A stretch of 61,599 bases of DNA, the filler included, from Nitrospirae bacterium CG2_30_53_67 (GTDB taxonomy: Bacteria > CG2-30-53-67): the NCBI GenBank assembly GCA_001873285.1. It is 6 parts of 6 records of this genome, joined end to end, with 100 filler letters (N's around TTAATTAATTAA, not from the genome) between each part and the next. Parts side by side here need not be neighbours in the genome. Positions count along the whole stretch, not along the records: positions 6,798 to 25,815 come from MNYV01000074.1; positions 25,916 to 48,288 come from MNYV01000072.1; 4 more parts are not named here. The stretch is one strand, 5' to 3'. The number at the start of each line of letters is the position of its first letter. The stretch's first letter is position 1. Shown here in pieces: positions 21,686 through 30,332 of the stretch. A program made the translations under genes and the position numbers. The notes under the pieces are model-generated. The model searched no databases. It had not been told where the DNA came from and was given only the letters and a program-made list of their open reading frames with translations.

Positions 21686-22642
21686 TCATTCCCTGGGTAT
21701 GGCGAGCATCCGGTCCAGCGCCGCCTTGGCGCGGACACGAATCTCTTCGGGTACGGTGATGACGGTCTCCATGGTCTCGAGCGACCGGGCCACAAGTTCG
21801 AGGGTCGTTCGCTTCATGTTCTGGCAGGTCAGTATGGGAAGGTCCCAGGGCGCGGGATCGTCGGAGAGGATGTAGAACCTCTTGCCCGGGTTCTGTTTCC
21901 GGAGATTATAGAGAAGCCCCCGTTCGGTTCCGATGATGAACTCCCTGGCCGGAGATTTCCCGGCATAGCGGAGCATGCCGGAGGTGCTGGTCACATGATC
22001 GGCGAGTTTGAGCACATCCATGGGGCATTCGGGGTGCGCCATGAACAGGGCATCCGGATGCTCGGTGCGGGCCTTCTTCACCATTTCCACGGTGACCAAA
22101 TTGTGGACGATGCAAAACCCCTTCCACGCGATGATCTCCTTGCTCGTGAACTGCCGGGCATAGGCGGCCAGGTTCTTGTCCGGGATGCAGATCACCCGGT
22201 CCGAGTCCAGGGAATTGATCACGTTCACCACATTGGCCGAGGTGCAGCAGATGTCGCTTTCGGCCTTGACCGCGGCCGAGGTATTGACATAGGCCGCCAC
22301 AGGCACGCCGGGGTGTTGCTCCTTCATCCTGCGCAGTTTCTCAACCGTCACCATATCGGCCATGGGGCATCCGGCGTACCAGGCCGGGAGGAGCACGGTC
22401 TTTCCCGGGTTGAGGATGGCTGCGCTTTCCGCCATGAAGTGGACGCCGCAAAAGACAATGACCTCCGCATCGGCGTCCACGGCCCGTCGGGAGAGTTCCA
22501 GGGAGTCGCCGGTGTAGTCCGCAATCTCCTGCACCTCGTCCACCTGGTAGTTGTGCGCCAGGATCACGGCGTTCCGCTTCTTTTTCAATGCCAGGACTTT
22601 ATGACTGAGTTCTTCAATGACTTGTGCGGACGGTTCGTTCAT
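21686..22642 (-). CDS. nadA: Quinolinate synthase A
   Basis: ILAHNYQ, GDSLEL, FCGVHFMAE, GCPMAD, YVNTSA, CTSAN, AHPEC. Confidence 0.97.
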   Translation of the reverse strand: MNEPSAQVIEELSHKVLALKKKRNAVILAHNYQVDEVQEIADYTGDSLELSRRAVDADAEVIVFCGVHFMAESAAILNPGKTVLLPAWYAGCPMADMVTVEKLRRMKEQHPGVPVAAYVNTSAAVKAESDICCTSANVVNVINSLDSDRVICIPDKNLAAYARQFTSKEIIAWKGFCIVHNLVTVEMVKKARTEHPDALFMAHPECPMDVLKLADHVTSTSGMLRYAGKSPAREFIIGTERGLLYNLRKQNPGKRFYILSDDPAPWDLPILTCQNMKRTTLELVARSLETMETVITVPEEIRVRAKAALDRMLAIPRE

Positions 22643-24150
22643 TTTCCCTCCAGAATCACAGGGCTTTCACTCAATAGAATGTCCGCCGAGCCGCCGGATA
22701 CGGGATAGGTCTTCATGGCGAATGCCTGGTCATCATCGGATAGATTGCGGCCGAATTCGGCGGCAGGAACGATCTCCGTGGCTGTGATGGTTGTACCCGT
22801 GAGACCCGTCAGAGTCAAAGATTTGGTATCGCCTGGAAGATAGCCGGGTTCGTCGAAGTCATCCCACCAGGCGATATAGATGGGCAGGCTGTTTTTCTCG
22901 ATACGAAAAACATAAACATGCTCGCTCTCCGTGCCTTCGTGCAGAATCGTAAGGCTGCTCCAGTCCGCATCCCCCAGTTTCTCGGTCATCTTTTGATAGG
23001 TGTAATAGCCCAGTTTTTTAATACCCAGCCCCAGGTCATTCGAGCCTTCTCCATCGTAGATCAGTCCGGTGTGATCAAAGTAGCTGTCCTGGTTTTTAAA
23101 TCCTTCCATCAAACCAAAAGCCGGGAAGACCTTGTCCACGCCTCGGGACAGGGGGTAGATGAATCTCTTGAAATAGTCGCCGGCTTGCTGGGCCTCGGTC
23201 TGCATGGGCTGTTCATCCGTGGGACTGCCGGAGTAGGCCCCCATCTCGGTGATCCAGATCGGTATATCGGATGGAAAGCCGTCGGTCGTGAGTGTGGATC
23301 GGATATGGTCGAGGACATCTTTGCCGCCGGCCGTCTCCCTCAGGCGGTATTCACCGAGTGCATTGCCATACCAGTGGAAATCAAAAATGTCCACGTATTG
23401 ACCTCCCAATTCAGCGAGAATAGGGGCGTAGAACTGGTCAAATTCCCATATGTAATTGTATGGAAAACCTGTCGCGCCCCCGATCAGGACTTTGCAGTCA
23501 GGGCAGACCTGTTTGACGGCCTGGTAAGTGATCATCTGCAACCCGGCAAAATCCGAGCGGTTATCGTTCGTGGGTTCATTCCCGACCTGCCAGTACTTGA
23601 TCGGATTGAGAAGCCCGGGCATGTCTTCTAAGCCGTCGCCATCGTATCGTTCCACGGTTGCCTTTACGAAAGCAGCATATTGAGCCTCATCAATGGGGAG
23701 CCATGAGCCGGGGAGACATCGGCCCTGGTCCATCCGCGCTTGAGGGGAGATATTCGCGATGATGCTGATATCTGTCGGGACCTTTCCATATTCATCATCA
23801 TTCAGAGAAAAGTCAAAGGCGTTCACCGCAAGATCCGGCTGGATCACCGACCATAAGGCATATAATGAAGGCCGGGTGAACCTGACCCCGATATGGAGGG
23901 CATCCGTATAACCATTGTCTTGATACCCTTGCTTGGAAACCTCCGCAGGATGAAAGCCGAAGGGAGATCCTTGTTCTATACCGGAAGACGTCCCCTGCCG
24001 GTTGGTTCCGACATCCACATGGCTGCTCAGGCTGTTATGGTCTCCGTTATCGGCGCCTCCGCCGTCTCTGACTCCGCATCCTGCCATCAACAGCAGGAGA
24101 ATCAGGAAGAGGAACCATGAGTGAGTGGGATGTGTCGGAATTTTTTTCAT
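22639..24150 (-). CDS. Secreted clan GH-A glycoside hydrolase-like lipoprotein
   Basis: Lipobox LMAGC; WQVGNEP (acid/base), DFHWY, IWITEMG (nucleophile). Confidence 0.75.
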   Translation of the reverse strand: MKKIPTHPTHSWFLFLILLLLMAGCGVRDGGGADNGDHNSLSSHVDVGTNRQGTSSGIEQGSPFGFHPAEVSKQGYQDNGYTDALHIGVRFTRPSLYALWSVIQPDLAVNAFDFSLNDDEYGKVPTDISIIANISPQARMDQGRCLPGSWLPIDEAQYAAFVKATVERYDGDGLEDMPGLLNPIKYWQVGNEPTNDNRSDFAGLQMITYQAVKQVCPDCKVLIGGATGFPYNYIWEFDQFYAPILAELGGQYVDIFDFHWYGNALGEYRLRETAGGKDVLDHIRSTLTTDGFPSDIPIWITEMGAYSGSPTDEQPMQTEAQQAGDYFKRFIYPLSRGVDKVFPAFGLMEGFKNQDSYFDHTGLIYDGEGSNDLGLGIKKLGYYTYQKMTEKLGDADWSSLTILHEGTESEHVYVFRIEKNSLPIYIAWWDDFDEPGYLPGDTKSLTLTGLTGTTITATEIVPAAEFGRNLSDDDQAFAMKTYPVSGGSADILLSESPVILEGK

Positions 24151-24425
24151 CTTGACCTTTAAAAAACGCGTTCTTTAAAAGGTTTCGGGCTCTCCTCAGG
24201 ATAACAGCCATTCGGCATTCCGCTGAGAAGATGCATTTCAAAAAAAGCGGCCGGCTCTCAGACATGAGCTGACAACAAGCCCGAAAAGGGGACCGTAAGG
24301 CAGAATTCAGTCCGAACGGCCGCGATGATGGGATTATATGAATAAATGGCGATAGAGGCAAGGGAGAAATGTGAGAGCGGCATCTTCACGGCCGCCGGAT
24401 GACGCGCAGCATTCAATAGGGCCGC

Positions 24426-25064
24426 TTACTGATCGGCGGTTTTTGGAAGGAGTTTGGAGCAGATATCATTGTACAGGGTTTGATGCCCTTCCCGTACAAA
24501 CTGCTCTCTCCCGATCCGGTTCACGACCTGAATGACCTCGTTGGCCACATAGGCCTCGGTCTCGGTAAAGCGGTACTGGCCGGGATTTTCGATCTTCTGA
24601 AATTCATGGTCATAATAGCGCAGGTTCCCCATGCAACGTTTATACATGGCACAAAGAAAAACCGAATGGCTGCGAAGTTTGAAATAATATGTCTTATCGG
24701 GTTCAATAAAATTGAGGCAGGCCTCCCTGTAGATCTCAAAGAGACCCGATTCGCTGATCCCGTTGGCGCCGCTTTTATCTTCACGGGGCTTACTTTTCAG
24801 CAGGCCGTCACTCCTTCCTGCAACCGCATAAGAGCGTGAACGGTTCATGGAGAGTGAATTGAAAACCGCGACCACCTTGTTCAACGCATTCTGGCGGGTC
24901 AGAAAAGACTGCTGAAGTTTGTGCGTGGCCCGTTTCAAGTCCTCGGCGCTTTTCTTCAATTCCTCGGAAACCTTGAGATAGGGGTTTTGGAAATCGAGGG
25001 CCGGGGTCTTTTCTTTCTCCATCTTGATGATGCCGCTGAATAAGTGGAATCCCTTAAAAAACAT
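24426..25064 (-). CDS. Hypothetical protein (coiled-coil N-terminus; start may be 25022)
   Basis: 212 aa ORF with CAGGAG RBS; no recognised family. Confidence 0.65.
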   Translation of the reverse strand: MFFKGFHLFSGIIKMEKEKTPALDFQNPYLKVSEELKKSAEDLKRATHKLQQSFLTRQNALNKVVAVFNSLSMNRSRSYAVAGRSDGLLKSKPREDKSGANGISESGLFEIYREACLNFIEPDKTYYFKLRSHSVFLCAMYKRCMGNLRYYDHEFQKIENPGQYRFTETEAYVANEVIQVVNRIGREQFVREGHQTLYNDICSKLLPKTADQ

Positions 25065-25097
25065 ATCTGCTCCTGAATATACTTATTTTAACATTAT

Positions 25098-25113
25098 TGC
25101 ATGAAACATGCCA
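25098..25113 (-). promoter_or_regulatory. Putative sigma-54 (-24/-12) promoter
   Basis: TGGCATGTTTCATGCA = GG-N10-GC, 34 nt upstream of the 25064 start. Confidence 0.6.
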
Positions 25114-25308
25114 AAAAGTCTATTTTTTCCTGATTTATTTTTTCCTTTTTCCCTGGAATAACTTATGCGCATTTCTGAACATTCTGCAGGTCTCCCGGCC
25201 TCGAGATGTGTGAAAAAGTTTACCATTTTTATGAAAACTTTTTCCACTTTTATCCAAACTTTTTCCACTTTTAAAAAAGACGAGTCTGTTTGACACCCCA
25301 TGTGACCG

Positions 25309-25815
25309 GTGTTAATATGGCGAAGGCCGGAACGCAAACCCATATACAGACACGTCCGCCGCCATACCGCGGACCGATCGGAATCTGTTTTGGACTCTGA
25401 GATCAAAACCATAAAGAACCTTTTTGCCTCGTCTCTGAACATGGCCCCAGACCGGATTGAGATTCTCCCTCTTCACGGTGATGCATCGGACAGAAGATTT
25501 TTCCGCGCACGCATACCCGGAGGAGAGACTCGCGTGGTGATGCAGTTGGGAACGGACCTCCCCTCTCCGGAAGACCCGGACAGGCTCCCTTACATCAACA
25601 TCCTGAACCATCTCACCCTCTGCAAGGCCGCCGTGCCGAAACTCCACCTGTACGCCCCGCAACAGGGGATCCTCATCCTCGATGACCTGGGGGAGATGAC
25701 GCTGAATGACCATGTCCGCCGCTTCGGGCTCCCGGCATCGATTCCGCTCTATCGAAAGGCCATCCGGGAACTCCTGATCCTGCAGATCATCGGGACCCGG
25801 AAGGCCTGCGGACAT
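25309..25815 (+). CDS. Aminoglycoside-phosphotransferase-family kinase (AmgK-like), 3'-truncated by contig end; start uncertain
   Basis: LHGDASDRRFFR, VPKL, LILDDLG motifs. Confidence 0.8.
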
Positions 25816-25915
25816 NNNNNNNNNNNNNNNNNNNNNNNNNNNNNNNNNNNNNNNNNNNNTTAATTAATTAANNNNNNNNNNNNNNNNNNNNNNNNNNNNN
25901 NNNNNNNNNNNNNNN
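25816..25915. other. Artificial contig-joining spacer
   Basis: 100-nt N-run with TTAATTAATTAA. Confidence 0.97.
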
Positions 25916-25980
25916 GCTCGCCTTGATGAGACTGCCCTACGACCCTCTCGGTACGTTACCATATTTACGAACAGGACCAC
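25916..25980 (+). mobile_element. Right part of 162-bp MITE at contig start
   Basis: Near-identical to 28012-28076, ending ATATTTACGAACAGGACCAC. Confidence 0.85.
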
Positions 25981-26093
25981 TGAGAAGATCGATCGTGGGG
26001 AAAATAAGGAAAAATTAAAAGAACCGCTGGAAGGGGAATGGGTTCTGGATGCTCAGACAAGGAGGGTTTGTCTGAGCATCCAGAAAGATCCGT

Positions 26094-26291
26094 TTATCTC
26101 TTTTTCTGATGGGTCTTGCAAAGCTTTGAGGGAGCCTTTGCTCGGTTCTTGCACTGTTTCCCATCCTTGGTCTTGGCCATGCAGCGCTTGGTGGCCTTCT
26201 TGGCTGATTTCCTGACGGCCTTCTTCGCTCCCCTTTTCTTTGCCGTTCTCTTTACTGCTTTCTTTGCTGTCCTCTTCTTTGCTTTTGCCAT
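26094..26291 (-). CDS. Lys/Ala-rich histone H1-like protein with C-terminal Cys3His motif (DUF5763-like)
   Basis: AAGGAGG RBS; MAKAKKRTAKKAVKRTAKK repeats then RCMAKTKDGKQCKNRAKAPSKLCKTHQ. Confidence 0.8.
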   Translation of the reverse strand: MAKAKKRTAKKAVKRTAKKRGAKKAVRKSAKKATKRCMAKTKDGKQCKNRAKAPSKLCKTHQKKR

Positions 26292-26539
26292 TTTCTTTCC
26301 TCCTTTGTGTTGTTGATAAAAACAACGGAGATATAAAAACGTGGGGTTAACCATTAACCCCTATGACAGAGAGTTAAATAAACTCTCTAACTCAAAATAG
26401 CATAACGAAAAAAGGATTGCAAGGAAAAAATGTCAACTTTATTTATTTTTTTTCTGTCATTACTGCAAAACATATAAAACCAAAAACCGAAGGTCCATTC
26501 AAAATCCTTTCGTCGCCGTCTTCAGCCTGTGACACTCCT

Positions 26540-27901
26540 TTAGAGTCCGTGCGCGCTGCATGGATTCGAACGTTCGAGATAGAGGGGAAAATCGAATGCC
26601 GGACTATGAATCTCGTTGTGGCACGTCCTGCATCGGTCCTCTGAAACTTTCGATGGAATCGGTTCTCCATCGAGATGGGCTCCGCCGGGCCCATGGCAGG
26701 ATTCGCACTGCACACCCGAGAGATGCGGGGTCTTGCTCTCGCCCAGGAAACCGCTTGGTGTACGGTACCCCACGACATGGCATACCACGCACTCCGGATC
26801 AAACTCGGATTTTTTATTCTTCAGGGTCTCGAAGGCAAAGGCATGCGGGGTGGCGGACCATGTCCGGAAGTTCAGAGGATGGCAGCCTGCACACTGCTTT
26901 GCCCCTGCATATCCCGCATCACCGGGCGCGGCTGGAAGAAAAGAGAGATCCTCCGAGAGCCGTTCTTCTCTGACCGTCTGATAAAAGCGCGTCACCTCGT
27001 TCTGCGCCTTTTCATCAAGGGGGATATCCTCCGAGACCGGGACCAGGGCGCCTCTGAAATTGACGACCCCTTTTCCCCGGATGACGGTCAGGCTGAGCTC
27101 CCCCAAAGACTTCCCGAGGTCCTCCCCGGCAACGGCGATGGTTCCGGCAATCCTTTCAGGTGTCCCGTCCCCTGAGGCATGGCCGATGACCGCGACATCT
27201 ATCTCGGGGAAGGCCTCCAGAAATTTATTGACATCCATCACGTTGAAATGAATCAGCGCGACCGTCATGTCGCTCTTCTTCTTCATTTCCGGAAGGACCC
27301 GCCTCGCGGCCTCGACCGGGTCTTCGATCATGAGATGACCGAGGGACCTTCGATAAACCAGGGACGATACCGTGGAGTCGAGAAACCCGGTCACGGAGAT
27401 GCGAAGCCCGCCCTTGGTGATGATCCGGTATGACGGGACCCAGCTCGTTCCGTCACGGCCGATCAGGTTTGCGCAGACGAACGGGAATGAAGCTTCCCGG
27501 ATTCTGTCCAAGAGAAAGGCATCCCCTTGGGCAAAGTCATAGTCGCCGGGGATCGCGGCATCGTACCCCATGAGGCTCATGGCGCGGACCATGGCAGAGG
27601 CCTTGTAACCGTAGAACGTTCTGCTCCCGATGAGGGGCGGGAAGGATCCGAAAAAAATATCCCCGGAGTCGAGGAGGAGCGTGTTATCGGAACGGAGACG
27701 ATCAATCAGGGTTTTTCTCCTGGCCACGCCGCCGAGCTGCGCCTCAGAACACCCGCACCGCTCCAGTTCTCCGTTGACGTTTCCGGTGTAAAGGATCGTG
27801 ACCGGCGCTTCACCGGATTCATGTGACCGGATCCCGCACGAGGCCGTCGCGAGAAAACCGGTGATAAGCGGGAGGATAAGAAATATTGAAGGGGAGCGCA
27901 T
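26540..27901 (-). CDS. UshA/5'-nucleotidase-like metallophosphoesterase domain fused to tetraheme cytochrome c (c554-like)
   Basis: Lipoprotein-like signal; YTGNVNGELERCGC, GGVARR, LLDSGD; four CxxCH (CAGCH, CVVCH, CESCH, CRTCH). Confidence 0.85.
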   Translation of the reverse strand: MRSPSIFLILPLITGFLATASCGIRSHESGEAPVTILYTGNVNGELERCGCSEAQLGGVARRKTLIDRLRSDNTLLLDSGDIFFGSFPPLIGSRTFYGYKASAMVRAMSLMGYDAAIPGDYDFAQGDAFLLDRIREASFPFVCANLIGRDGTSWVPSYRIITKGGLRISVTGFLDSTVSSLVYRRSLGHLMIEDPVEAARRVLPEMKKKSDMTVALIHFNVMDVNKFLEAFPEIDVAVIGHASGDGTPERIAGTIAVAGEDLGKSLGELSLTVIRGKGVVNFRGALVPVSEDIPLDEKAQNEVTRFYQTVREERLSEDLSFLPAAPGDAGYAGAKQCAGCHPLNFRTWSATPHAFAFETLKNKKSEFDPECVVCHVVGYRTPSGFLGESKTPHLSGVQCESCHGPGGAHLDGEPIPSKVSEDRCRTCHNEIHSPAFDFPLYLERSNPCSAHGL

Positions 27902-27914
27902 AGAGGGCTCCTTA

Positions 27915-28076
27915 GTGGTCCTATTCGTAAATACGGTGGCATTCGAGTGCCGTAGGGCGATCTCCTCGGCGTTCCGCTCCTTGCGGTGTACCAGAGGGGT
28001 ACGCCTCAGTCGCGCGCCTTGATGAGATCGCCCTACGACCCTCTCGGTACGTCACCATATTTACGAACAGGACCAC
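27915..28076 (+). mobile_element. 162-bp MITE, full copy
   Basis: TIRs GTGGTCCTATTCGTAAATACGGTG / CACCATATTTACGAACAGGACCAC, flanked by TTA duplication. Confidence 0.9.
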
Positions 28077-29006
28077 TTAGAGAACGCCGGTCAGGTCCCG
28101 CATGGAGGCCATGCCGTATTGAATCATATAGTCACGGATCCCCTGAATGACCTTGAGAGGGGTCATGGGATCCACGAAATTTGCGGTACCGACGGCCACG
28201 GCAGTGGCGCCGGCCAGGAGGAAAGAGACCGCATCCTCGGCATTCATGATCCCCCCCATCCCGATCAACGGGATCTTGACCGCCCGCGCAACCTGATAAA
28301 CCATACGGAGCGCCACCGGACGGATGGCCGGCCCGGAAAGCCCCCCCATGATGTTGGCCAGTTTGGGTTTTCTGCTGTGGATGTCAATGGCCATGCCGAG
28401 CAGGGTGTTGATCAGGGAGACGGCATCGGCCCCTTCCCCCTCGGCCGCACGGGCGAACTCGCTAATATCGGTGACATTGGGCGAGAGCTTGACGATCAGC
28501 GGAAGCCTGCACGCCTTGCGGACCGTTTTCACGACGTTTCGTGTCTCGACCGGGTCGGTACCGAAGGCCATCCCCCCCTTCTTGACATTGGGGCAGGAGA
28601 TGTTGAGCTCGATGCCGTCCACACCCTCCGCGTCATTGAGACAGCGGGCGACCTCGGCATACTCCTCGCAGTCCTGTCCATAGATATTGGCGATGATGCG
28701 CGTCTCCCGCCGCCTGAGCAGCGGGAGTTTATCTTCTATAAATGCCCTGACACCGATATTCTGAAGCCCGATGGCGTTGAGCATACCTGCGGGGGTCTCG
28801 CAGATCCTGGGGGGAGGGTTCCCGGGCTGAGGATTCAGCGAAAGCCCTTTGACCATGACCCCGCCTAAAGAGGAAAGGTCATAGAATTCGGACATCTCTT
28901 CACCGTATCCGAACGTTCCGGACGCCGTGATCACCGGATTCTTCATCCGGATGCCTCCGATGTTGACGGTAAGGTCCGGAGCTGAGGAGGATCTTCTCTT
29001 GTTCAT
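28077..29006 (-). CDS. pyrD: Dihydroorotate dehydrogenase 1B catalytic subunit
   Basis: ASGTFGYG, GNPPPR, LNAIGLQN, ELNISCPN, KLSPNVTDI, GGLSGPAI. Confidence 0.97.
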   Translation of the reverse strand: MNKRRSSSAPDLTVNIGGIRMKNPVITASGTFGYGEEMSEFYDLSSLGGVMVKGLSLNPQPGNPPPRICETPAGMLNAIGLQNIGVRAFIEDKLPLLRRRETRIIANIYGQDCEEYAEVARCLNDAEGVDGIELNISCPNVKKGGMAFGTDPVETRNVVKTVRKACRLPLIVKLSPNVTDISEFARAAEGEGADAVSLINTLLGMAIDIHSRKPKLANIMGGLSGPAIRPVALRMVYQVARAVKIPLIGMGGIMNAEDAVSFLLAGATAVAVGTANFVDPMTPLKVIQGIRDYMIQYGMASMRDLTGVL

Positions 29007-29052
29007 CTCATAAATTTCCTTCAAGTGAAATTTTCAGTTTCTGCTGAAAAAT

Positions 29053-29865
29053 TCACTCCCAAAGCACCTCTTCCGCCGGGAATACGGGGCCTTCCCTGCA
29101 GACCCTCTCATACCCCCTGGACGTACGGATCACACAACCCATGCAGGTTCCAATGCCGCATCCCATCTCCGACTCCATAGAGACCTCCCCTTGGACCCCC
29201 GAGTCCCTGCATAAACGGGCCACAGCTAAGAGCATGGGCTGAGGGCCGCAGGCGTAGACCCGGCACGACCGGTCGATCTTCGCCTTCCCCGGTAAACCGA
29301 GGGCAAGTTGGATCCTTTTTCTGAAGACCTCCACGATCATCCCCTGTTCCCCCGCGCTCCCGTCTTCGGTTGCAAGAACCTGGGGTATCCCCTGCTCCTC
29401 AAAATCCCGGAGTCCAACCAGTTCGTTCCCGGTTCCGGCGCCGAAGAAGAGGGTCGTATCAATATGTTTTGAACGCAGAATCCGGATCAGCATCTGAAAC
29501 GGCGCGACACCGATGCCTCCGGCCACCAGCCATGCGGTCTTCACCGTCTTGGGAACGGAAAACCCCGTCCCGAGGGGGCCGATCAAGTCTATCCTGTCTC
29601 TCTTTTTCCTTCTTGCGAGCCAGCCGGTGCCTCTTCCCACGACCTTGTAGAGGATCCTGATTCTGCGGTCCATCAGATCATGGATGGAAAAGGCGCGGCG
29701 CAGGAGAGGGTCCACACCATCGGAGGTCCTGACCATAATGAACTGTCCAGGGGCAGCGGTTTCCGGAAAGGAGTCTGCGGCGAGCGTCAACCGGAAAATA
29801 CCGGCGGACACCTCCTCATTCTCAATCACCTCTGAGGTCATTTGTCTGACGGACTTTTTGGACAT
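29053..29865 (-). CDS. pyrK: Dihydroorotate dehydrogenase electron transfer subunit
   Basis: PGQF, GPLGTGF, AGGIGVAP, YACGP, MGCGIGTCMGC...VCREGPVF. Confidence 0.95.
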   Translation of the reverse strand: MSKKSVRQMTSEVIENEEVSAGIFRLTLAADSFPETAAPGQFIMVRTSDGVDPLLRRAFSIHDLMDRRIRILYKVVGRGTGWLARRKKRDRIDLIGPLGTGFSVPKTVKTAWLVAGGIGVAPFQMLIRILRSKHIDTTLFFGAGTGNELVGLRDFEEQGIPQVLATEDGSAGEQGMIVEVFRKRIQLALGLPGKAKIDRSCRVYACGPQPMLLAVARLCRDSGVQGEVSMESEMGCGIGTCMGCVIRTSRGYERVCREGPVFPAEEVLWE

Positions 29866-30332
29866 CGGATATCCAGAACCTCGTAACCAATAATGCCGCT
29901 TGGGGCCCGGACCTCGATCTCTTCACCGATCTCCCTGCCGATCATGGCCCTTGCCATCGGAGAAAAGACGGAGATCTTACCATCATTGATTTCAGCTTCA
30001 TCTTCACCCACGATCTGGTAGGTGACCTCTTTTTCCGTGGCCACGTTGATGAGCGTGACCACCGAGCCGAAGCTGATCTTCCCGGTCGAGATCCTGGTGG
30101 GATCAATGACTTCGGCCCTTGCGATTTTGGAATTCAGTTCCGCAATCCGCTTTTCTATGAACCCCTGACGTTCCTTGGCCGCATGATACTCGGCGTTTTC
30201 ACTTAAGTCTCCATGGGCTCGGGCCTCCTCGATATCCCGCATGATCCGAGGCCTCTCTTCGTTCATGAGCTTTTTTAACTGCTCCTTGAGTTTTGCAAAT
30301 CCTGCCGGTGTCATGGGAACCTTACCGTTCAT
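29838..30332 (-). CDS. greA: Transcription elongation factor GreA
   Basis: [35 protein letters not shown]. Confidence 0.98.
   Translation of the reverse strand: MNGKVPMTPAGFAKLKEQLKKLMNEERPRIMRDIEEARAHGDLSENAEYHAAKERQGFIEKRIAELNSKIARAEVIDPTRISTGKISFGSVVTLINVATEKEVTYQIVGEDEAEINDGKISVFSPMARAMIGREIGEEIEVRAPSGIIGYEVLDIRCPKSPSDK

Noticed and set aside
24245..24340. Possible c-di-GMP-I riboswitch-like sequence (CCCGAAAAGGGGACCGTAAGGC)
   Set aside because: Only partial resemblance and on the strand opposite the downstream gene; needs an Infernal/Rfam scan
27750..27765. Selenocysteine recoding in the UshA-like protein
   Set aside because: Both codons of the CGC motif encode Cys and the ORF is uninterrupted
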